64,000 nt of DNA from Clostridia bacterium (GCA_021204625.1 JAJPZA010000120.1:4483-68482), one strand, 5' to 3'. Shown: positions 38,159 to 48,258, counted from the first letter of the stretch. Program-made: numbers and translations. Notes: generated by a model not told the origin, from the sequence alone.

Positions 38159-39526
38159 TCAGTTGTCCTGCTTGAACAGGTTCTTTATCATCGTGTTCAC
38201 GTACAGTATGGGGGTAATCTGGATCTTGTCAGCATATTTGGCCACGGACTTGATGTTCTTGGCCGGGATGAGGACCTTTTTGAAGCCCATCTTTATGCAC
38301 TCCGCCACGCGCTTCTCACAGTAGGAGACGGCGCGGACTTCGCCGGTGAGGCCCACTTCGCCGAAGACCGCCGTGTACATGTCTATAGGCTTCCCGAAGT
38401 ATGCGGAGGCCAGGGCCGCGCAGATGGCAAGGTCGCAGGAGGGCTCGGTGAGCTTTATGCCTCCCATGGCGTTCACGTAGACGTCGTCGGAGGAGAGATT
38501 CAAGCCGCACTTCTTCTCAAGGACGGCTATCATGAGGACCAGCTTGTTGTAGTCAATGCCAAGCGGCATGCGCCTGGGCAGGCCGAAGGACGTCTTGGAG
38601 ACAAGCGTCTGGATCTCTACGTTCATGCACCTTGCGCCGTTCTCGGTGGGGGTCACGGCGGAGCCGGGCTCCTCGCCGCGGGATTCGGAAAGGAAGACGC
38701 CGGTGTAGTCCGTCACGGGTATTATGCCCTCTGAGGTCATCTCAAAGACTCCCACTTCGGACACGTTGCCGAAACGGTTCTTCACGGCTCTTAGGATCCG
38801 GTAGTTTTCCTGCGTCTCGCCCTCGAAGTAGAGGACGGTGTCCATTATGTGCTCCAATACCTTGGGGCCGGCAAGGGTGCCGTCCTTTGTCACATGTCCC
38901 ACTATGAAGAACGTTATGCCCTTGCCCTTGGCAATGCGCATGAGGCGGGAGGCGCACTCCTTCACCTGGCTCACGGACCCCGCGAAGGAAGAGAGGTCTT
39001 CCGTGTACACAGCCTGTATGGAGTCCACAACGCAGAACTCAACGCCCTCAAGCTCGCTCTCCAGGGTGTCCAGGCAGGTCTCGTTCATGACAAGCAGATC
39101 GCCGGAGTCCAGATGCAGGCGCTCCGCGCGCATCTTCACCTGCGAGCAGCTCTCTTCGGCGGAAAGGTAGAGGACCTTCGCGCGCCCGGAAAGATGGGCG
39201 GCTATCTGCGTGAGCAGCGTGCTCTTGCCGATTCCCGGGTCCCCGCCCAGAAGGACCAGGGAGCCCTTCACAATGCCTCCGCCCAAGACGTTGTCGAACT
39301 CGGAGATTCCGGAGGAGATCCTGTCCGTCTTCTCGTACGAGATCTTCGCAAGGGGCCTGGCCTTGTTTATGACAGTGGACCTTGAAGGCCCCTTCGCCGG
39401 GGCCGCAGGGGCTATGACTTCTTCTATGAGCGTGTTGAACTTCCCGCAGGAAGGGCACTTGCCCATCCATCTGGGAGTGGTGGCCCCGCACTCGGAGCAT
39501 ACGAACTGTGTTGTGGATTTTGCCAT
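38159..39526 (-). CDS. radA: DNA repair protein RadA/Sms
   Basis: Zn-ribbon CSECGATTPRWMGKCPSCGKFNT, Walker A GGDPGIGKSTLL, the KNRFG motif and a Lon-protease-like C-terminal domain. The true start is the ATG at 39526, not the 536-aa extended ORF. Confidence 0.95.
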   Translation of the reverse strand: MAKSTTQFVCSECGATTPRWMGKCPSCGKFNTLIEEVIAPAAPAKGPSRSTVINKARPLAKISYEKTDRISSGISEFDNVLGGGIVKGSLVLLGGDPGIGKSTLLTQIAAHLSGRAKVLYLSAEESCSQVKMRAERLHLDSGDLLVMNETCLDTLESELEGVEFCVVDSIQAVYTEDLSSFAGSVSQVKECASRLMRIAKGKGITFFIVGHVTKDGTLAGPKVLEHIMDTVLYFEGETQENYRILRAVKNRFGNVSEVGVFEMTSEGIIPVTDYTGVFLSESRGEEPGSAVTPTENGARCMNVEIQTLVSKTSFGLPRRMPLGIDYNKLVLMIAVLEKKCGLNLSSDDVYVNAMGGIKLTEPSCDLAICAALASAYFGKPIDMYTAVFGEVGLTGEVRAVSYCEKRVAECIKMGFKKVLIPAKNIKSVAKYADKIQITPILYVNTMIKNLFKQDN

Positions 39527-39630
39527 GATATGAGACGGTATCCTTGTGTGTAATATATATTGTGGCACCCGCACGCCCGCGCCGCAAAAGCGCAGGCGTG
39601 CATGGTGTTGCTGATTTAATGGGGCTCCCC

Positions 39631-40404
39631 TCACGGGAGCATTTCCAACGTATCTTCTTTCCGGGCTTTGGCCCGCTGCAGCACGGCATCCGGCTTTGCG
39701 TCTGTGAAAGCCTTGGGCCTGTCTTTTTTGGGAGAGGCTGAGATGATGACCACATCCGAGACAGGGCATTTTACGCTGCAGACCTTGCCTGCGGTGTCAT
39801 ACACGCCCTCAACAATGTCCAGCACCTTCTGGGCCCTTTCGTAATCCCCGGTGTCCGCAACCCTTTTGATGCAGTCCGTTATGTCTTCTTCCGTTATCTC
39901 GAATATCCCTTTGCCGCCAATGTACGGATGAAGGTCCTTGTACATTATGTCCAGGAATTCCTTCCTTTCTTCCAGCGTGAGGTAAAAGGACAGCCTCATG
40001 GCGTAGTGGTAGAATTCAAAGCCTCCGAAATGCTCCAGAATCCACCAATAGGTCTTTTCCCATTTCAAGGATACAGACTGCATGACGGCCTGCAGAAGCA
40101 TGAGCCTTTTCATCTGGCCGAACATCACGTCCGCGCCTTTGGGAAAATAGAAGAGGGAGTCCTCCAGCTGGTACCTCACGGTCCCGTCCGGGTCCGTTAT
40201 GATCTTGAACTTGCAGTTGAGCTTGCTTCTCATTTCCTCCGGCACCCAGGACAGCTCCGTGTCCGTGAAGAGCACGCGGCCCCTTTGCCTTTCATTGTAT
40301 GTGGGCGCCTCATACGCGGCTTTCGTCTCGGGAGTGCCCGCCATTATGGAGAGCGCTATCTTTATGCGCCCGGCCATGTGCTCCGCAGCGTTGTAATCCG
40401 TCAT
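39631..40404 (-). CDS. Hypothetical 257-aa protein
   Basis: Intact ORF upstream of radA on the same strand. The RBS is weak and no family was recognised. Confidence 0.5.
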   Translation of the reverse strand: MTDYNAAEHMAGRIKIALSIMAGTPETKAAYEAPTYNERQRGRVLFTDTELSWVPEEMRSKLNCKFKIITDPDGTVRYQLEDSLFYFPKGADVMFGQMKRLMLLQAVMQSVSLKWEKTYWWILEHFGGFEFYHYAMRLSFYLTLEERKEFLDIMYKDLHPYIGGKGIFEITEEDITDCIKRVADTGDYERAQKVLDIVEGVYDTAGKVCSVKCPVSDVVIISASPKKDRPKAFTDAKPDAVLQRAKARKEDTLEMLP

Positions 40405-42286
40405 CTGCGCCAGATCCCGTATCTGCTTGGTTATAATATCCTGTATGGTTTATAGTCCTCCAAATATGATTTTCCTTGCCTGCCGCATGCCTGCGGCGTT
40501 TGCATGCAAAGCGCGCCGCCCGCGCTTTTCCGGATTACAACCTCATGCACGCCCGCAAGGAATAAAGGAAGCCTGCATTATGATTATAAACCGTTTCGGG
40601 CCGTTTGAAACATCCTCCGCAAACTTTTCTGCAAATTCTGTTCCGCCGGCCCTTTTGGCCCCGCCGCCCGCAAGGGGAGGAGGGGCCGGGTCCGTTGGTT
40701 TTTCAAAGGAGTAAATATGTCTGTGCACTAAAACACGCTGTAAGCTTTGTGTCTTCCTGCGGAGAAGAATCTCCGCACGCTCATATAACGTACGGCTTTG
40801 CCCGGGAGGATACCGCGCATGCCATGAATGCGCTGTTGCCTCCCCGGTCAGCCTAAAGGACACATATATGATTTTCCGCAGAGCCTGCTTTTCCGGCTCA
40901 CGGCTGCTTCCGCCCGTACGCTGCATCCGCCGCCATAGCCTTTTGCTGCCGCCCTGCGTGACTCACACACCTGTCCAGGATTGTCCCATATGGCAGAACC
41001 TGTCCATTCTTCATGCCGGACTGGGAAGCGGAAGAGCGTTTGGTCCCGCGCCAGCTGTCTGGAAATGTTAGGTTATTTCCATAAAGTACACAATATAGTA
41101 TACACACTAAAAAGTGAAAAAGATATTGTAAAACTTCCATTTAGCATTGCAAAATTTCATGTAAAACGGCGTTTTTGCCTATAATGTGTACAAAAATTGT
41201 CAAAATGCACAAAATACCTCTTCCCGGATCCGCATGATTTCCACGCCCAAAGAGGGGGGAGAAGTCGTGCACAAAATCCGTTTCTGTGGCGCAATTCACC
41301 CTGGAAACCCTTGCCCGGAGCAGAGGATGCTCCAAAGCCCGTCTCAATCTCCGCATGGCATATCTTGCCCCAGGGGCCAAAGAGAGTGCAATATACGCTT
41401 AATGCATATTATAGTACACATTAAACGCGGCAGCTGCCCTGTACACAATATGCCGGTGGGATGAACGGATCCGTTAAGAAACATATGTTCGCAAACTGGC
41501 CCATTTCATCCGGCCGTTATACAAAGCCTGCCAGGGCCTTGCATCCGGTTCTCTGGACTGTGGCAGGATAATCCGGAGTGCATAGGACGCATGGAGCGGG
41601 ATCTAAAAAACCGTTCCGGACCTTAAGCGGGAAACGGGTCCTTTTATTTCTTTCCTGCTGTGGACATCTTTTGGATCCGCTTTGGAACTCTGGAGAAGCG
41701 GCATGGCCGGACAGACTGGCCCGGGATGCATCCGCACGGCCGCCGGAGGCGCATATATTATATATGGGCGCGCGCGTTTTTATATCCGGATTATTCTTCG
41801 GCCCTATCCAGCCCGTCTCCAGGAACAGATCCTGCAGCACGCAGGGCTTGTCTGGAGAAATTATGGCCTGCAAAAATACACATGGGAGCAGATGTGTATT
41901 TTTGAGATTAAAGGGGTTTCCGCCCAAAAAAATTGCCGGATCATGTTTAAAACCTCTCCAAAGTGTTTATATATATAATGTGCAGGTATTCCGTATGAGA
42001 GTCTGTGCAGACGATGAATCAGAGGCGTTTTCCGGACCAAAACACAATATGTGGACAAAACTCCATTAAAAAGGCACAATATATTGTGTTTGGCAGTTGA
42101 CATCCCCCCTGCATCGCGGTGTATGCAATGTCTGCATTGCGCGCGAATCCGGATGGCGCTTCCGGGGCGTTATAATAAAGGCGGATGAGTTATCTCAGAA
42201 AAAGCCTCTTTTACAAACCACAAAGTATGATTTCTAGAAGTAAAAAGATTTCACAAAACTTTTCTCGTTTTAGACCCCCGTTTTAT

Positions 42287-42315
42287 TTGACAATAATGGC
42301 ATTCTATGGTATAGT
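42287..42315 (+). promoter_or_regulatory. Strong promoter candidate TTGACA-N17-TATAGT with a TG extended -10
   Basis: Hexamers at 42287-42292 and 42310-42315. About 200 nt with no convincing ORF follow before the next promoter. Confidence 0.6.
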
Positions 42316-42495
42316 GGCAGCATGTCACAGAACAGCTTCGATTTCCCGGGAATGACCCCATTCAAGCCAGGTTCAAGACGTACTGGATCTAAATAGCGTA
42401 TTCAAATCAGCTTGTATAAATGAGAAATTTCTGCAAATTAAAGAAATATCTCAAAAGGAAATTCGTTGATTTTGCAAAATATTTGCGAAAAATAG

Positions 42496-42524
42496 TTGCA
42501 AACCGGTTTTTGCCGTGCTATACT
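42496..42524 (+). promoter_or_regulatory. Promoter candidate TTGCAA-N17-TATACT (TG-extended) for the methyltransferase-like gene
   Basis: Hexamers at 42496-42501 and 42519-42524, about 44 nt upstream of the ATG at 42568. Confidence 0.6.
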
Positions 42525-42567
42525 CGTGGCCAGTTAAAATTGCGGGCCTCCGGGAGGAAGAAATACA

Positions 42568-43719
42568 ATGGATGACAAGTATGAAATAGACGGAAGGATA
42601 TACATCACAGTGCAGGAGTGCGCCCGCAGGTGGGGAGTCTCGGAAAGGCGCATTGCGCAGCTTTGCAATGAGTGGGCGGATGAGGAGCATACCAAAAGGA
42701 AGATAGAGGGAGTTCAAAAGCTCGGAAAGTATCTGCTCATTCCGGAAGACGCGCCAAAGCCCGCAGACGGCAGGAAAGCTGCCGGCGGAAGCATTGCGGC
42801 CAATAAGAAAGCTGAGGAGGGCATGAGGAACACCTTTTTCGGAGGGGAGAGCCTGGCTGCTCTCAGGATGCTGGAGAATGAGTCCGTGGACCTTATCATG
42901 TGCGAGCTTCCAAATGCCAGGGACGGCTCCGGCAGAAAGGAGCTGGCTCTGCCCAGGCTCTGGACGGAGTACCGCAGGGTAATAAAGCCGGAAGGGTACA
43001 TCGTGCTGCTTGCATCAGATTTGTATTCGGCCCAGATCGTGCTTTCCAATCAGGATGAGTTCATATACAAGCTCGTGTGGGTAAAAAACTCAGAGCGGGA
43101 GGACGGCCGCAAGGCTGCTCCCGGCACCGGCCATATGGACGTGTGCGTGTTCTCACGCATGGGAAACGGAAAGATCAGGGAGAAGAACATACGGGAAGCC
43201 ATAAATGAAGGCTTCCTGCATATGAAGAGCGTGGGAGGAGACGCGCTCTGCTTCTGCAATGAGGACGGCTCCGGCTTTGCCGGCGAAGGGCCGGACAAAA
43301 TGGAGCTTGGAAAATTCCTTGCATGCGCATATTCGGAGCCCGGGGACTTTGTTGTGGACAATGCCGGGTATACCGGGCATCTCGCATCCGGCGCCATGTA
43401 TATGGGCCGCAACGTCAGCGTTTCGCAGAACAATGCCGTGCGCGAGGAAAAGGTGGACATGGGGGACGTTGCTTTTTCCGGCCTGCCTTCGGACATCTCC
43501 AGGTATTACGGCTCCAGGCAGAAGGCCCGCACGGTCACGGAGTATTACTCCAACATATGCCTGTCCACACTGCTTGCAACCCTTGCCGGCATGCCGGAAA
43601 AATACCGCGCATACCTTACCCGCGGCATGCTCATGGACGAGCTGGACCGTATGCAAAACAAGGCCTCCAAAGGGGAGAAGGCAATCAATGCCGTTCCGTA
43701 CACCCCGCGTGAAAGCTAG
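42568..43719 (+). CDS. HTH domain fused to a beta-class N4/N6 DNA-methyltransferase-like domain with degenerate catalytic and SAM-binding motifs
   Basis: N-terminal ITVQECARRWGVSERRIAQLC HTH. FFGGESLAALRMLENESVDLIMCELPN stands where SVDLIxTDPPY is expected. PGDFVVDNAGYTGHLA stands where PGDxVLDPFxGSGTT is expected. RVIKPEGYIVLL and KLVWVK are conserved. Confidence 0.65.
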   Translation: MDDKYEIDGRIYITVQECARRWGVSERRIAQLCNEWADEEHTKRKIEGVQKLGKYLLIPEDAPKPADGRKAAGGSIAANKKAEEGMRNTFFGGESLAALRMLENESVDLIMCELPNARDGSGRKELALPRLWTEYRRVIKPEGYIVLLASDLYSAQIVLSNQDEFIYKLVWVKNSEREDGRKAAPGTGHMDVCVFSRMGNGKIREKNIREAINEGFLHMKSVGGDALCFCNEDGSGFAGEGPDKMELGKFLACAYSEPGDFVVDNAGYTGHLASGAMYMGRNVSVSQNNAVREEKVDMGDVAFSGLPSDISRYYGSRQKARTVTEYYSNICLSTLLATLAGMPEKYRAYLTRGMLMDELDRMQNKASKGEKAINAVPYTPRES

Positions 43720-44458
43720 CTTCTCCTTCAGACGGAACTGACAAAAGCAGACTGCGGCCCCATTCGGCCGCATCATATGAACCCCTTCCGGAGGGGCTGC
43801 ATCCGGAGCCGGGCGCCGGGCCCAGTGGCGCGACATCTAAGATTCCAAGGACATTCTGCCATTTAAAATTTTACATATATATTTGATTTTTATTTGATTT
43901 TTTAATTTTATATTTTAAGACCAGATAATGACTGAATCATCCTGCTACCGGTCATCATCGCCGTTAATCCTAGCCGGAAACACCCGTACCTGCATTGGCT
44001 CCAGCGGAGCAGGACAGGCGGGATAATAGAGGGAAAGAAAGGAGCAAGCATGAGGAGATTATCTGGTCCCCACAACTGTATCGTTGTCTATTTCGGCATC
44101 CGCCATAGCGGCATATCCGCAGAATGCGGGCGCTTTGGCGCAAGATGGAAACACAGATCCGGGAGAAGAACAAGAGAGGTTGGGGCAGCCCTAGGGGCGG
44201 CGCCTCACGCTGGCGCGCCTGCAGGGCTTACGGCAAGCACGTGCTTTACGCGCGCTTCCTGCTCCGGTCTTTCAAGGGACTTCCCGGATTATTTTTATTG
44301 GGTCTGGTAATCCTGGCTCCAACGGAAAGAGTATCTGGCCGGACAGGCGCCCCGGCGCCTGCAGCAAAGAACCAGAGGGATGCCCGCATGGCGTCCAAAG
44401 GCCGGCGGCCGGCCTCAAGCGGCTGCAGCGAATAATGAATTTTTAAAGGAGCAACGCC

Positions 44459-46222
44459 ATGAAAAATAGTATTGAAACTTATTTCATTCTGAAGGACTTC
44501 TTCTTTGCACAGGCTGCAATGGGGAAGTGCCTCAAAGGCGAGAGTTATATGAAGGCTCTTGCAGAGATATATGGCAGGGCGGATGACGCGGACAAGCTGT
44601 ACATGGCGGCCATGAGCGAGACGGAGATAGAGAGCGCGGCGGATTACAGGCAGGCCTGCCGTGTGGACCAATATATGGAAACTATGGCGGGGGATGACAT
44701 GTTCCCCTTTGAGGATGAAGATGAGGATGAGGACCAGTCTGCCCGGGACGCGGAAGACGGGGAGGAAAATCCGGAGGAAGATCTGGAGTCCCTCGGAATC
44801 ACGGAAGAGGATCTCATAGACATCAAGGGCAAGGCGTATGAGCTTGCGGAGAAGTACGGGATAGAGGCCGGAAGGAAGGATACGTGGATGGAGATACGGG
44901 AAAGGCTGGAGTCTCCGGCAGCGGCATATCTTGTGCCTGTAATGCGCATGAAGGGAATAGAGGAGTGCGCGCTGTACGTGTCTTATGACCGCGACGGCAA
45001 CAGGAGATGCGATGAGAAGAGATATCTCATGCCGGGCGTGAAGCTTCTGGAAAGGGCGGCCATGTGGAATGACCCCGTCTCATGCATGGCTCTCATATTT
45101 TTTGACTATGTCTACACCTGGGAAGGCCCTTCTTCCAACAGCTGGGACCATCTCACAGACAAGGACCTCTGGGTCAGCGTGCTTTGCGCCCTTGCAAAGG
45201 ATACGGCATTCAGCTCCATGGCGGAAGCGTATGCCCCGTCCAGGCATGAGGATTGGGACCTGGCGGAGGAGTGCGGCGTGCTTGCAGACCTTTTCCGCCT
45301 CAATGCGTCATACAAGCCGGACGTCGTGGACGAGGCCGCGGAGGACGTGCTGTACGCAAAGAATATGAGCCTTGCGGACAGGCGGAAGATTCTGTATGAC
45401 TCCGTCTCCAGGCGCTCTGCGCTCACCGGGCTTCCCGTCTCATCTTCAGAGGAGCCGGAGCCTTTGTATCTTTCATTCCTTCCGGAGGACGTCCCTTTCG
45501 GAAGGGTCAGCGAGGCGGAAATGATACGCCGCGCCGTGAATGCGTATGCGGAATACATGGATGAGGAAGGGAGCAGGCCGCTGTGCCTCGTCACGGACTC
45601 AAGGTATCTCAGGGAGAAGTATGAGCGCTTCTTCACGGAGGAATACTTAAGGTGGGGGGATGCCGCCACGGACGTCATACGCCTTTCCGCGTGCACGGAA
45701 GCGGACGTGGATGAAGTGTCCTCAAACGTCTTTCTGCGCTCATATGACCCCTCAAGGCCCAATGTGAGGATCATAGAGATGTGCGGGTCTATGGAGCCTG
45801 CAGTGAAGAGGCATGCCGTGAAGTTCATCTCAACGGAGGGCCGCATGGCATACTTTCTCAAGGACAGGCAGGTAACGGCTGACATCACCCACATCATGTC
45901 CATAGTCTTCACGGACTCCTCCGGAAAGGAGTTTGCGGAGAATTACTGTGACGTCCTGGATCTGGAGCCCATAACGGAATTTAAAGAGAAGGATCTGGCA
46001 TTAAAGGATCTTCTTGAGAAGGCGGGATGGTACGGAAGCACGGCCGCGGAGGCATACGGAAAGCTCCTTTCCATGGACACGGACAGGGCCGCGGAGGTTT
46101 TGCAGAGGGCGGCAGGAAAGGCGCGCGCGCATGGAGAGCATGAGATCTCCATGAAGGATATAGAAGAGGTCTCCCGCGGAAGGGAGTCAGAATATTTCGG
46201 ACTTAGAAGGAGGGTGCTGTAG
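44459..46222 (+). CDS. Hypothetical 587-aa protein: acidic linker, helical middle, and a C-terminal AAA+-like region (with lid) that lacks a Walker A motif
   Basis: AAGGAG RBS. The EDEDEDEDQ acidic stretch. The C-terminal EFKEKDLALKDLLEKAGWYGSTAAEAYGKLLSMD...HEISMKDIEEV resembles SpoVK/CbbX-type AAA lid regions. No GxxGxGK motif was seen. Confidence 0.6.
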   Translation: MKNSIETYFILKDFFFAQAAMGKCLKGESYMKALAEIYGRADDADKLYMAAMSETEIESAADYRQACRVDQYMETMAGDDMFPFEDEDEDEDQSARDAEDGEENPEEDLESLGITEEDLIDIKGKAYELAEKYGIEAGRKDTWMEIRERLESPAAAYLVPVMRMKGIEECALYVSYDRDGNRRCDEKRYLMPGVKLLERAAMWNDPVSCMALIFFDYVYTWEGPSSNSWDHLTDKDLWVSVLCALAKDTAFSSMAEAYAPSRHEDWDLAEECGVLADLFRLNASYKPDVVDEAAEDVLYAKNMSLADRRKILYDSVSRRSALTGLPVSSSEEPEPLYLSFLPEDVPFGRVSEAEMIRRAVNAYAEYMDEEGSRPLCLVTDSRYLREKYERFFTEEYLRWGDAATDVIRLSACTEADVDEVSSNVFLRSYDPSRPNVRIIEMCGSMEPAVKRHAVKFISTEGRMAYFLKDRQVTADITHIMSIVFTDSSGKEFAENYCDVLDLEPITEFKEKDLALKDLLEKAGWYGSTAAEAYGKLLSMDTDRAAEVLQRAAGKARAHGEHEISMKDIEEVSRGRESEYFGLRRRVL

Positions 46223-46226
46223 TAAT

Positions 46227-47984
46227 ATGAACAGAAACAAGGAGAATGCAGGAATGAATAACGGAAGCGGGAACGGCGGGTCCCGCAGGGGGTCCCGCAA
46301 GGACGTATACACCCGCATGATGCGCGGGTATGAGAACACCGGCCTTGTAAAGGCGCAGGACATCCCGTCCCCCGTCTCATATGAGGACCTTCCCTCCAGG
46401 GACGGACACGGCGTGCTTATTGCGAATTACAGGGGAAAGGACGGGAGATTAAAGCAGCTGTTTTCCAGGAAGGACAACCACGTGTGCGTGGTTGCGGCCA
46501 CGAGGCAGGGCAAGACTACGTCATATGTCATTCCTGCCATAGACTCATACGCCGTGCAGGAGAACAGGAAGAGCCTCGTCATCGCAGACCCCAAGGGGGA
46601 GATATACAGGTCCAGGGCGGAGAGCCTTAAGGCTCAGGGATACAAGGTGCTTCTGCTCAATTTCAGAGACTTCACGCACAGCGAGTTCTGGAACCCCCTT
46701 ACGGCCATATATGACAGGTACATGGATTACCTCAACGTGTTTGGTTCCGTGGAGCTCAGGCGCGGTCCGGAGGAGAAAAGGGGCCTGTATTACAAGGACA
46801 GGCTCTATACGGATCAGGAAGAGCTGGACAGGGACTTGAGCCATGACTCCGCCATTATCATGGATGACGTTGAAGGCATGACAGATGATTTCGTAACCCA
46901 GATGATTTCAGTGGATGACAAGGAGGACCCCATATGGGAGGAGGGCTCCAGGGACATCTTAAAGGCCATTCTTTTAGGGATGCTGGAGGACGTCACGGAC
47001 AAGAGGAATCCCGTCACCCGGGACATGTACAACCTGGACACCGTGGTCAACATTTCCCTCACATTCGGGGAGCGCGAACACGGGCCTGCGGACGGAGGCT
47101 ATTTTGACCACCGCGCAGATTCCTCCAGGGCTCTCAAGTACGCGAAGCAGATTATTCTTGAGACATGTGACAGGACCCGCTCCAGCTATCTCGCCGTCTT
47201 CACGGACAAGATCCGCGAGTTCCGCGAGACTACGGTCCGCCGCATAACCCAGACCACAACCATAAACTTTGAGGACTTCACAGGCGAAGCCCCCGTGGCC
47301 CTCTTCATAGAGTTCAGGGATGAGCTTCCCGCCCATTACAAACTCATCGCCCTCTTTGTATCCCAGCTCTATACATACCTCATACAGCAGTCCTCCGGAT
47401 TAGAGCGCAACATGCTCAGGCGCGGCGTCATGTTCATCCTGGACGAGTTCGGCAACATGCCGCCCTTGGAGAGGTTCGGGACCGTCATCTCAACATGCGC
47501 GGCCCGCAACATATGGTTCACCATAATCCTGCAGTCATACTCCCAGCTCACAAGCGTGTACCATGAATATTCCGCCACCATTCTGGACAATATGAACGTC
47601 ACCGTCTTCATGGGTTCCAACAATCCGGACACCACGAAGAGCTTTTCAGACAAGTGCGGGAAGCACACCCGCATATCCCCCGTGTGCGCCTTGGGCGGCA
47701 GCAAGAAGGAGATAGGGGCCGTGGAGTACGAGACCATCCCCGTAATGCCCGTTTCAACCCTCTCGGCCCTCAGGCCCGGAGAGTGCGTCATAACCGAAAT
47801 AAACACCGGCTATGTCCTTCTGTCCCGCCTGGAGCCCTGCTTCATGTGCAAGGAATACGCGTCCGCCCCTGAGGCGGATGAGCATTCATACGCATCATCT
47901 GTCTCGGCCATGGATGAGCGTTTCCATTACCGTGTCCCCAACTATCTCGCCAGCCGTGCATCCTGGGACGGAGAAGACTATTGA
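46227..47984 (+). CDS. VirD4/TraG/TraD-family (type IV coupling protein-like) P-loop ATPase without transmembrane helices
   Basis: Walker A AATRQGKTTS, ADPKGE, FWNPL, Walker B FILDEFGNM, and RNIWFTIILQSYSQL. The N-terminal 90 aa are polar (N/G/S/R-rich) with no hydrophobic helix. Confidence 0.8.
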   Translation: MNRNKENAGMNNGSGNGGSRRGSRKDVYTRMMRGYENTGLVKAQDIPSPVSYEDLPSRDGHGVLIANYRGKDGRLKQLFSRKDNHVCVVAATRQGKTTSYVIPAIDSYAVQENRKSLVIADPKGEIYRSRAESLKAQGYKVLLLNFRDFTHSEFWNPLTAIYDRYMDYLNVFGSVELRRGPEEKRGLYYKDRLYTDQEELDRDLSHDSAIIMDDVEGMTDDFVTQMISVDDKEDPIWEEGSRDILKAILLGMLEDVTDKRNPVTRDMYNLDTVVNISLTFGEREHGPADGGYFDHRADSSRALKYAKQIILETCDRTRSSYLAVFTDKIREFRETTVRRITQTTTINFEDFTGEAPVALFIEFRDELPAHYKLIALFVSQLYTYLIQQSSGLERNMLRRGVMFILDEFGNMPPLERFGTVISTCAARNIWFTIILQSYSQLTSVYHEYSATILDNMNVTVFMGSNNPDTTKSFSDKCGKHTRISPVCALGGSKKEIGAVEYETIPVMPVSTLSALRPGECVITEINTGYVLLSRLEPCFMCKEYASAPEADEHSYASSVSAMDERFHYRVPNYLASRASWDGEDY

Positions 47985-48258
47985 GACCCTGTCTCATGAT
48001 ATTCAATTCCGGCCTTTCCGCACGGCCCGGCTCCGGCCTTTCCGCAACCGCAACCTCTGCGGAAACTAATGAATCCCCATATCATATTGCATCCCACCGC
48101 GGCCTGCCGCAAAGGCGGGCGCTGCGGAAGGGAGCAGACGATTTCCACAGGCAGCAATCATATTTGGCCCCCAGGCAAAGGGCGCATATGAGGCCCTCAA
48201 AAGGGAGGAATATGCAAGGCGGCAGCATCCAATATGCCGCAGAAAGGAGGAAATAAAA

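Noticed and set aside
39527-39769. 81-codon N-terminal extension of radA in the ORF track (536 aa)
   Set aside because: RadA proteins begin at the Zn-ribbon (MAKSTTQFVCSECG). The extension is R/G/A-rich and overlaps the 3' end of the upstream gene.
42355-42385. A possible tRNA T-arm (GGTTCAAGAC) in the ORF desert as an integration target
   Set aside because: The flanking bases do not form the required 5-bp T-stem, and no acceptor or anticodon arms could be built.
42322-42396. 24-codon ORF (MSQNSFDFPGMTPFKPGSRRTGSK) right after the 42287 promoter
   Set aside because: It would be essentially leaderless, with no RBS and no recognisable peptide family. It is mentioned only as context for the ORF-desert finding.
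43153-43836. 227-aa minus-strand ORF opposite the methyltransferase-like gene
   Set aside because: Shadow ORF. The plus-strand frame carries recognisable methyltransferase scaffold motifs and a promoter plus RBS.
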